Source: Mycoplasmoidaceae bacterium
GTDB lineage: Bacteria; Bacillota_I; Bacilli_A; Mycoplasmatales; Mycoplasmoidaceae
NCBI GenBank assembly: GCA_045599065.1
Contig: JAZRVJ010000041.1
Coordinates: 1-59,444 of the forward strand
Length of the DNA: 59,444 bases
Direction of reading: 5' to 3'
Below are positions 49,286 through 59,423 of this stretch, one piece after another. The notes under the pieces are model-generated. The model had not been told where the DNA came from and did no database searches. It saw nothing but the letters and a program-made list of their open reading frames with translations. How positions within the stretch are numbered: position 1 is the stretch's first letter; every line of letters starts with the position of its first letter. The position numbers and the translations under genes are program-made.

Positions 49286-51652
49286 ATGAAAAACCAAACT
49301 AATAAAAATTTATTAATCACTAGAGGAGTGATTTGCTACCCTAATGTTGCTAAGACAATAGAGATAGCAAGAGATATTTCTTTAAAAACAGTCCATGATG
49401 CTTATGATCATGGTAAAGAGATATTGATTACTGCGCAAATCAATCCTAAGCTAGATGAAGTTAAAAAGATCGATGAAATCTATAACATCGGTGTTTTAGC
49501 TAAAATTGAAAAGATCGAACTTAAAGGTAATGAAATGGCTTTGACAATTATGCCAAAGTCAAGAGTCTTACTAAATGCTATCTATATAGATAGCAACAAG
49601 AAACTAATTAAGGCTGACTATACCTTAATTAATGACTCTCAACTATACAAAATAGACGAATCAAAAGAATTTGACACTTTATTAGAATTACTAGTTAGGT
49701 ATGACAACAAGTTAGCAGCAAGAATCAAAAACATTGTTGTAGATCATGAAAAACAAGGTAAAACAGTAGACTTCATAGACTTAGTCTATGAAATAGCTAA
49801 TGCTTTACCTGTTCACTTTGATCAAAAGCAACAAATTCTTGCCTTGAATACTTTGCCTTTAAAGATTGATGCTTTAAATGGTATGTTATCTAATCCTAAT
49901 GATTTATCTAAAGTAGAAAAAGAAGTTAACCGTAAGCTTAATGAAAGCTTAAATAAACAACAAAGAGAGTTCTATCTAAGAGAAAAGATGAGAACAATTA
50001 AGGAGGAATTAGGTGAAATTTCTTCTACAGCTAATGATTCAACAAAGTTTAGAGCAAAATTAAGATCTAATCCTTATCCTAAAAATATTAAGGAAAAGCT
50101 TGAATCAGAAATTAACCATCTAGAATCTTCTAACCCTCAAGAAAGTTCAATGATTAGAACTTATATTGAATGATTATTAAATCTTCCTTGATGACAAGAA
50201 AATAAAGACAATGATGACTTTAGTAAGGTTAAAAAGACTTTAGATGCATCCCACTATGGATTAACTAAAGTTAAAGAAAGAATTATTGAATACTTAGCAG
50301 TGAGAGCTAAATCAAAAAACACTAAAGCACCAATTATCTGTTTAGTTGGTCCTCCTGGTGTTGGTAAATCATCATTAGCTAAATCTATTGCTGATGCTTT
50401 AAATAAACCATTTGTAAAGATGGCTTTAGGGGGTGTTAAAGATGAAGCTGAAATTAGAGGTCATAGAAGAACCTATTTAGGTTCTATGCCAGGTAGAATT
50501 ATAAAAGCAATGAAAAAAGCTGGTGTAGTTAACCCGCTATTCTTGCTTGATGAAGTAGACAAGATGTCTTCTGATCAAAGAGGTGATCCTGCTTCAGCTA
50601 TGCTTGAAGTTCTTGATCCAGAACAAAACTCAAGATTTAGCGATAACTATATTGAAGAAGATTATGACTTATCTAAAGTTATGTTCGTAGCTACTGCAAA
50701 CTATGCAGAACAAATTCCTGCTGCATTGTATGATAGATTAGAAATTATTGAACTTACAAGCTATACAGAACTTGAAAAATTAGCTATTGCTAAACAATAT
50801 CTAATTCCTAAAGTTTTAAAAGATTGTGGTTTAAGCAAGAAAGATCTAACTTTCAAAGATGATGCTTTAATGTTTATGATTAGACACTATACATTAGAAG
50901 CAGGCGTCAGAGAACTTGAAAGAATCATTAGAAAGATAGCAAGAAAGTTTGTAGTTGAACAACTATCTAATAAAAAGATTCAACCAAAGACTATAGATAT
51001 CAAGGAAGCTAAGTTCTATCTTGACAAGGAAATTTATGAATATACCTTAAAAGATAAAGAAGGTATTCCAGGTGTAGTTAATGGTATGGCATATACTTCA
51101 GCAGGTGGTGACTTACTTCAAATTGAAGTAACTCACTTCAAAGGTAAAGGTAATGTTAAGATTACTGGTAACCTAAAAGAAACTATGAAGGAATCAGCTG
51201 AAGTTGCTTTAGGTTTTGTTAAAGCTAATGCAAAGAAATTTGGTTTAGATAAAGTAGACTTTAGTAAAACCGATATTCATATCCATGTTCCAACAGGGGG
51301 TATACCTAAAGATGGTCCATCAGCTGGTGTAACATTGACAACCGCTATTATCTCCGCTTTAAGTAATAGACCTGTTAAAGCTACATTATCTATGACAGGT
51401 GAAATTACCTTAAGAGGTAAAGTCTTAATCATTGGTGGAGTAAAAGAAAAGACTATCTCTGCTCACAGAGGTGGAGTAAACACAATCATTATTCCTGCAA
51501 GAGATGAAAGATTTTTAAAAGATGTACCTAATGAAGTCTTAGACAACATTACAGTACATCTAGTTGAAGACTACGAAGAAATCTATTCAATTGTCTTCTT
51601 AAACAAAGTCTTGAAAAAGACAAGAACAATTGTTGGCAAAAACTCTAAATAG
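49286..51652 (+). CDS. lon: ATP-dependent Lon protease
   Basis: Pieces 49286 and 50300 share one frame, giving 788 aa. It has Walker A (GPPGVGKSS) and the protease Ser motif (PKDGPSAGV). Confidence 0.96.
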
Positions 51653-52205
51653 CTTTTGCACACACAGTAAAGGTATAGGTGTTACCACCTATGCCTTTTT
51701 GACATTCATAGGTATCTTTACCATCTGTGTAAGCTAAGTTATTTTTTACTTCAATAAGTTTTCAATTATTAAAATCTGGTGCTTTACCATATTCATTGAA
51801 ATAACACTTATAAAAGCTTTCTTTGCTTACTCATAGTAATAGAAAGAACAAAGGATCTTGATGGGTTTCAAATCAAGCTCTTTCTGAGCTAGAAAAGTGT
51901 TTAGAAGCTATCTCTTTATAGTTTGTAGGTACATCACTGTTAGCTTGAGCATCTATACCTACAAATCATTTAGCAATAAAGATCATGGTGCTTCCTCTTG
52001 GATGAGTTACAGAGAAGTATCATTTTTGTTTATCTGTAACAATTTGATTGTTACAAATAATAGCATTTTGTAAGTTAAATGATTTGATAAAGTTAGATAG
52101 TAATTCATTCTTACTATCAGTTTGTACTTTTCTTTTTTCTGTCCCTATAAGATTCTTATCATAATCTTTATGAACTAATCTACAATCTAAAAAACTTCTT
52201 CCCAT
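51645..52205 (-). CDS. 4'-phosphopantetheinyl transferase, Sfp-type (divergent)
   Basis: I extended piece 52020..52205 by hand through 5 TGA codons to TAG at 51645-51647, giving 186 aa. Motifs YFSVTHP, VGIDAQ and WVSKESFYK fit (V/I)G(I/V)D ...~40 aa... W(S/C/T)xKE(S/A)xxK. It has its own TATAAT and a GGAG 6 nt upstream of the ATG. Confidence 0.6.
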
Positions 52206-52231
52206 ATTGACTCCGATATATTTATTATAGG

Positions 52232-52258
52232 AAAATAAAAAAGCCGCTAAAGCGGCTT
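52232..52258 (-). terminator. rho-independent terminator ending the LRR surface-protein operon
   Basis: The minus strand reads AAGCCGC-TTTA-GCGGCTT followed by TTTTTTATTTT. It begins 3 nt after the gene A stop. Confidence 0.75.
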
Positions 52259-52261
52259 AAT

Positions 52262-54373
52262 TTATTGGGGGTCGTTATATCCTCATTTGTGTTGGTTAAA
52301 GTATCAATCTGCTGGACCACCGCTACCTATAGATGTTTTTGTCTCTTGGAATACACGTTCAAAAGCACCCTCAGCAACATTCGATAATGCAGTTGGGTCA
52401 ATTATTAAATGTTGATATGGGCCAGCTCAAGGTGTATCTTCGCTAGGATCTCCTGTTTGTGTTGTATCATCCCTAATATCCAAGTTCACACAACCATTAA
52501 ATAAATAAGCACACGCATATTTTCCATATTGAACATCTGACACAGTTGGGAATGTATCTAATATTATTGGATCAGTAGAAATAATTCCCTCACAACCAGA
52601 ATACATATATGCATAACAATAGTCAGCTGCAACATTAGTTGGTAGCATATGTGCCACGGTTAATGCCACACAATCTTGATACATATTTCTACAACAGCTA
52701 TCAGCTAATGTAACATTTCCACTATCGGGAAAAGATGGTGCTGTTGTCATTGCTTCGCAGCCCTGAAACATACCATAATAACAATAAGGGGCAAGGGTAT
52801 GCGCACCAAGCCATGAAGTGGATAATGCATCTTCAATGCCAAGTTTTTCACAAAAGGCAAACATTTTGTAATAACATCCTGTAGCCAATACATCAACACT
52901 AAGTTGAGGAATTTCAGTTAAAGTTATACAATGATAAAACATATATCTAAAACAATATGGTTGTAACGAAGTTGCACCAATTGTAGGTAAACCTTCATCC
53001 GTAAGTGCTTCGCAATTATAAAACATTGATTCGTAACAACTAGTTGCCGTTGTAGTTGATGGAAGATTTGGGGCTTTCTCAAGGTTTTTGCAACCATAAA
53101 ACATTTCTTGATAGCAATTATATGCTTCTGTAGTAGCATCTCCAATATTAGCATTTAATTCTAAATTAGATGCATCAACAAGTGCATTACATACAGAAAA
53201 CATATTTGCATAACAAAGTGGTGCTAATTTAGTTGCAGGTAATAGTGCATCGCCTAATATTTTCAAATTTGAACAATTTGAAAACATTGCACAATAACAC
53301 CCATAAGCCAATGTATCTGCTTTATCAAATATTCCACTATCTAATTCAACAATACCAGAACATCCTTCAAACATTCCGTAATAACAATACATTGAAAGTT
53401 TAGAAGCGTTCAGCAAGTTTTTAGGGACTGTTTTAAGGCCATGGCAACCCATGAACATTCCTGCATAGCAACATGTACACCCTACCCCAGGTTCAGAACT
53501 TCCAACAAATAAATCTTGCGCTGGTAGTAATGATTTTGGGAAGTCGGTTAATCTTGTACAATCCGAAAACATATATGCGTAGCAATATTTTTTCAAAGTC
53601 GTTGCTGGTAGGAAATTAGATGAAATAGAAACTATTCCGGAACATCCTTCAAACAATTTATAGAAACAATAATCGCTTGGAATCTCGGTCATTTTTCCTT
53701 TACCATCATCAAGTAATGTCATTACATTACCTGTTAAACTAACAGATCCACCAATCGAGAATGACGTGTAATCAGTTTCGGAAGTACTAAAAACATATTT
53801 TCCAGTCTCCTCATTGAAATTGTTACCTCTAAAATATAACACTGACCCTGATGAAATGTTAAGTACTTGACCTTCTTCGTATGGTGTTCAAGTAATTCCA
53901 TTAGTTGAAAATGATATATTAGGAACAGTAGTACCATGGTTGACAATAGATACTGTAGAATTTTCAATTGCTGATAAACCTACGCAGTCACCTAGTTCAA
54001 TATCATTTTCAAAATATGGGTACACTTCCATCCCATCATCAGGAATAATATAGTCATCCTCAATCCTAACAAATTTACCTGCCGATATTTTTCTCATTCA
54101 ATAAGTGACTACATATTGGTTTTTATATGCTAAAGGTGTGGACACAGTGCAAAATTGTCTTCCTGCCTTCGCTCTTACGGTTGTTGAACCAGACCAAGTA
54201 ATTTTTTGAGCTTCTTCTTCGTCTTTTGGTAAGAATTTGATAGTGACATATGAAGCAGTTTTAGGATCTGATGATTTTTCGTTTGATTTATAGCTATTGC
54301 ATGAGGAAACAGTAGCTAAAGTTGTGGTAGCTAACGGTGCTAATAGTATGGAAATTAATATTTTTCTTTTCAT
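52262..54373 (-). CDS. lipoprotein A: Cys-rich LRR-type repeat surface protein (703 aa)
   Basis: ORF-track pieces 54098..54373, 53888..54097 and 52427..53842 share one frame and are joined by TGA. I extended the 3' end through 3 more TGA codons to TAA at 52262-52264. It has a signal peptide plus lipobox (LATVSSC). It carries 14 copies of C-[YF]-x-x-[ML]-[FY]-x-x-C. Confidence 0.8.
52490..53668 (-). repeat. protein-level tandem array of 14 Cys-rich repeats of about 23-30 aa inside gene A
   Basis: Motifs in order: CFYKLFEGC, CYAYMFSDC, CYAGMFMGC, CYYGMFEGC, CYCAMFSNC, CYANMFSVC, CYQEMFYGC, CYESMFYNC, CFRYMFYHC, CYYKMFAFC, CYYGMFQGC, CRNMYQDC, CYAYMYSGC, CAYLFNGC. Many are preceded by LPA(T)xL. 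Confidence 0.85.
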
Positions 54374-54382
54374 TATAAACTC

Positions 54383-56707
54383 CTAATTGCAATAAACATA
54401 ATATTGAGATGTTGGTGTGACAAATGCAGTTGTAAGAGCATCATCATAAGTAAACATGTTGTAAACATAATAATGTGTTGGTTGATCTTTATCATCAACA
54501 TATTGTGGGCATCGTCAGAAATATTTTGATGGTCTGGTTCGACTCTCGCCAAATTTTTGTCTTGTTCTACTAGCAACACTAGCAAATGTTTGAAAACAAC
54601 ACCAATCTGCAAGTGTAGTCAATCCAATTGTACCAATTGAAGTAATGCTTTTGCAATTTTGAAACATTGAGTAATAGCACCCTTTCGCAGCTTCAGTTGC
54701 TGGCAAGCTAGGTGAGGCAGTTAAGGTTGTACATCCCGAAAACATATGTTGGTAACAAAATTCACCTAAAACATTTGCTTCTAATGTGGGTGTTTGAATC
54801 AAAGAAGCACAGCCAGAAAACATACTTTGATAACAATAATTTGTCAAAGTTTTTGCCGGAAGTTTAGGTGCTTTAGTAAGGCTTGAACATTCACTAAATA
54901 AACTAGCATAGCATCCTTTTTTTAGATTTGATGATGGCAAATAATCATCGCTAATAGAAGTAATATATTCATTACCGCTAAACACTTTATTAAAGCAATA
55001 ATCTGTTGGTATATTAGTCATTATGCCTCTACCATCATCTACTAAACTCATAATCGTTCCACCCAATGTGACACTAAGGTTCCCACCAGAAGTTTTTGGT
55101 TTAAAGGTAATATGAGCGTAAGCATCATTTGTTGGTGCACTTAATCCATTAGGATTATTGCCTTTGATGTAATATGTTGTAGATCCTGTTGTCGATCCTA
55201 TATCAATATCTGCGCCTGGTCACATTTTTAATCATGCTTTTCCATCAGTAGAATATTTTAATTCAGGAATGTTTCCTTCCCCTACATAATTTCAACTTAA
55301 AACTGCTGGAGAATCTACTGTTACTTTAGTACATTTATCCAAACTAATTGCTTTTATTTCAATTTGTTTTTCAGCCTTGACACCTGACCCATCTGTGGCA
55401 AGACATGTAATTGTAATTTTTTGTCCTGCGGCTGTTGGTGCAACACCTGTCACAATACCTGTGTCGGGGTTAACTTGTGCAAATCTTGCATCAGAAGATG
55501 TCCATGTTACTCGTTGAGAGTGCCCCTCAGCAATAACTGCATTAAATTTATAAGGATGGTTAACTACACATCCATTAGCAACACTTTCATCTGTGGTAAT
55601 AGTAATGCCGCCTTCAGGGGTAGGAGCATCAATGTTTCAATCATTAGGAATTGAACTAGGCCCTCTTGATCCTGGTGCTGTTCCATTATAAACTATTTCC
55701 CCCGTTGTAGAAACACCCGCTAACCAATTTTCAAAACAATTATCATTAAATGCTTCAGCGCCTAACTTAACAAGATTTAATGATGAACACCCATTAAACA
55801 TGTTAGCATAGCAACCACCAGCAGCATTTGTCGGACTTACCTCTTTTGTTGGAAGGGTAGGGGCTGTCATTAATGATGTACATCCTCCAAACATTCCATC
55901 ATAGCAATGCGGTTGTAGTGTAGTCGCTGGTAAAAATGTATCAGAGATATATTTGATTGCACTGCCACCCGAAAATAAGTGATAAAAGCAATATTCAGAA
56001 CCATTAGGTATTTGTTTGATTGTTCCTTCAGCATTATCGAGCAAACCCATGATATTACCACCTACGTTTACAGCTGCATCAGGTTCTGTGAATGTAAAGT
56101 GTGTGTACTTTGTTGTACTTTCACTGAAACCTAATTCATTATCACCTCGGAAGAATACATTACCACCTGGATTTAAATGAACTGAAGGAGTAACACCTGG
56201 ATCACTAATCTTCGTTCAATGTTCACCGTAGTCAGTTGTTCAACCAATATCTGCGTCGTCACCGCCTTCTTGCACAATATTAATTGTGGTTTCTTCAATT
56301 GCTGCAAAACCAACACAATTGCTTAAAGTAAGAATATTTTCAAAGATTGGATAAACTGTTAATCCATCTGCAGGGATTAAGAAATCATCAGTAAGATCAA
56401 CTTGTTTTCCAGTACCGTCTATATATACTCATTTAGAAAACTTTTGACCTAGCCTTGTTGCTTTTGGTGCTTTTATACTACAAAATTGTCTCCCAACTTT
56501 TGCTCTAACTCTAGTTGCACCCTCAAATACAACATCTGAATCAAGACCTTGAAATAAAACTATTGTATAAGCAGAATTGTCTTGACTATCGTCAACATCT
56601 ACTTTTTGAGTACAGGATGTTAATGTTGCAAGAACAGGAATAGATGCTACAACTAGCGATGTTGTTGCAAGAGAGACAAGTAATTGTTTTAATTTATTTC
56701 TTTTCAT
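54383..56707 (-). CDS. lipoprotein B: two-module Cys-rich LRR-type surface protein with a central Ig-like domain (774 aa)
   Basis: I translated 56051..56428, 55067..55636 and 54383..54514 by hand. All interruptions are TGA (8 in total), with no TAA or TAG until TAG at 54383-54385. The lipobox is LATLTSC. A Big_2-like segment is present (VTWTSSDARFAQVNPDTGIVTGV...ITITCLATDGSG). Confidence 0.8.
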
Positions 56708-56717
56708 GCTTTATCTC

Positions 56718-59423
56718 CTAAATACTCCCATCAATTAAATGTCTTCAGTTATGGCTTGTACCAGGTATATCTTTAAAGTATTCTGTTACATCATCAAAAT
56801 CACCAGCTGAATAAATAATTTTTAAACCATTAGTATAGACAGCAGGTTGTGTTTCGCTATGAACTGAGAATGATAATGCAGTTCGACCATAATAAACGAA
56901 TGTGTCCATAACAACATTAATAGTAATTGTTGCTGTCATGCCTAAACAACCTTGGAAGAAGCCATCACCACCAATATAATTAACACTTGCAGGAATAGCA
57001 AATGGTTTATCAAATGTTAAACAGTTCATTAAGAATCCATCACCTATTGTTCTTAATGAAGTAGGCATATAGAATGAAGTTGTTGCTGTATCACCGTTGT
57101 TAAATAGGGAACAATTTTCCATAAAGTCTTCACCAATATCTCTAATTGTTGATGGAAGTTTTAATTCTTTATTAAAGTTTGAACATCCAGACATAAATGA
57201 ATTACCGATTTGAATACAATGAACTACGTCAGTAGCAAGTGTTGTTGGATCTTCGGCTCCAAATGTTACATTTTGATTAAATCTGATGCATCCAGCCATG
57301 AAATCATCATCAATAAATGAAACTTTAGTTCCAATGTAAACTGGATAATTGAAACCAGTAGTTGCATCTGTTCTAGATATATATTGTGTTGATTGAGATG
57401 AGTTAACTGGTACTAGTTCTACAGTTCCTTCATGACCAGTTGCTTGGCTGTTTCATGATGTAACTGTATATCAACCAGTGTTTTCTCCACTAGTAATATT
57501 GACACATATTTGATCACTATATAAATCAGATTCTCATGGTTCAAGAATTGAAACAGATAAGGTGTTAGATGTTATTTTTGTTGCACCATATGAAGCTGTA
57601 GCAGTAATTGTAACAACACCATGTTTTGCATTAGCAGGGACAGTTAATTGACATTGCGAACCACTTTTTGTAATTTGTACACCTGTACCTGCAGGGTCAG
57701 AAAGATTCCAATCAATAGTATATGCAGTTGTTGCTGGTGTGACTTCAGCAGTAAATGGTAATATTTCTGCTCCAGAACCTATTACATATTCATCTATTCC
57801 ACCAGAAATAACAATTTCTTCTGGATCAACTATCTTAAAGTGAGGATAAATAGTAGGTATAGTTTGAACTTTTGTATTTGCAGGAATTTCTGTTGCAGTT
57901 TGACTATCAGTAGATGTTCAGAAATCAAATTCATATTCAGGATGACCTGTAACATGAATATTTTGTGACAATGGTAAATCGCCTTCGATTTCACTAAATG
58001 TTTTATCATAATCTACAGTAAGTGGTTTAACACCATCAATTACAATAGTACCACTTCATTGTGTAGATGCAGCAGATGGAGTTACTGTAGCTGTCTTTTG
58101 TGTAACAACCATGTTAACTTCAACAGGTTCAACATCAAAGTCAGTAACATCTACATTAAATTTATAGTTACCTGCCTCAGCATTTGTTCAACTTAAAAGA
58201 CCTTCATCGCCCGTTTGAACATCACCAATATGCAACCAAGCAGGAAGTGTCGCTGGTTCAATTGGTGTTAAAACCCAATTAGCATCAGTAGAAACAATTT
58301 GATCAAACTGATTGTAAATTTCTCACCTATCGCTATCATAAGCTGTCTCGGCATTATTACTTTCAGTATTTATGTATGTTGATCCATCATGAATATGATA
58401 TTCTAATTCTGTGTCTTTTCATTTTGGAATTATGACTGTGTTTTTTGTGAATACATCATTATCTTGTGGCTCTGTTCCTGGTTCACCTTCGGCGTTAGGA
58501 TATGTCCAACAATCAAATTCTCTATGAGAAGATTCAGCTGCTGGAATAATTTCAGCAACAGGAGCATATGGTTTTAAATCAGCTCATGTTGTTACTTTTT
58601 GTGCTTCATTTGCTGATTCATCACCCATAATTACAGTAAATTCAGTTTGACCTAAAAGTGTAACAATATCATCATCATCTTCTTTATAAGGCTCAAAATT
58701 AACTTTTACTGTTGCTTGTGCAACAACTAAATCTAGAGTTGTTGAAGCAGAAACTGTTTTGCCTTCAACCGTAGCTGTACCTGTAATAGTAATCTTGTAT
58801 GGATCATCACTATAAGGCACATTTGCTTCACATGTAACAACACCTGTAGCAGAATCAATTTTAAAATATGTTTCAAGGCCTTCTCTTGTTCATGTAACAC
58901 CTTGTGTAATTGGAATTTCATTAACTACTAAGTGGAATGGATCATCGCTAAAAGTTGTTCTAGCTTGATGGTCAGTTAAAGTTATTAATGATAAACCGCC
59001 AGTCACCTTAGTTTCTGTCTTTAATTCATACACAGCAGTTATAGGAACTGCTGGGTCAACTTCATGACTTGGATCAACATCCCCATTACTTGTTACTCAT
59101 TTTTGAAAATTATAACCGTCCTTGATAGGTCTAGGAAGTTCACCATATGTTGTTCCTTGTTTAACAACTAGTTCAGTTGCGGGAGATGTTTGTCCTTCGA
59201 TGTGTCCACCATTTAAGTCAACAGTAATAGTAACTGTTCCTTGTCCGTGTGGCATCATTGCAAAATAAATTGCAACACCAGAAGCACCAGCTGTAGCAGC
59301 TAGACCTCCTGCTAAAGCAGGAATTCATGCTTTTGATGGTCCTGATAATATTTGTAATTTATATTTTGTCTTATTTAATAAGTTAAAGTACTTTTCAAGG
59401 TCTTTTAGATAGTACTTATCCAT
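56718..59423 (-). CDS. surface protein C: signal-anchored protein with Listeria-Bacteroides-type repeats, Ig-like domains and a C-terminal BspA-type LRR (at least 901 aa)
   Basis: I translated 57300..58583 and 58821..59423 by hand. There are 13 in-frame TGA codons and no TAA or TAG until TAG at 56718-56720. ATG 59423 gives MDKYYLKDLEKYF... with a TM helix (WIPALAGGLAATAGASGVAIYFAMM). The frame is still open upstream to the window edge, so the true start may lie outside. Confidence 0.75.

Noticed and set aside
52924-53154. Alternative-frame ORFs within the LRR genes (52924..53154, 53734..53967, 54373..54612, 55421..55654 plus strand, 55870..56061, 58733..58921)
   Set aside because: They overlap the long table-4 frames, lack motifs and have skewed composition (Leu/Ile/Gln runs). 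They are by-products of the main frame.
52490-56000. Possible CRISPR array or DNA-level tandem repeat, suggested by the periodic protein motif
   Set aside because: The periodicity is at protein level only. The nucleotide copies are diverged, there are no identical direct repeats with unique spacers, and the region is continuously coding.
52262-59423. Reading the fragmented ORFs of this region as pseudogenes or a decayed locus
   Set aside because: Every interruption I checked is TGA. No TAA, TAG or frameshift is needed to join the pieces. The repeat motifs stay in register across the joins.
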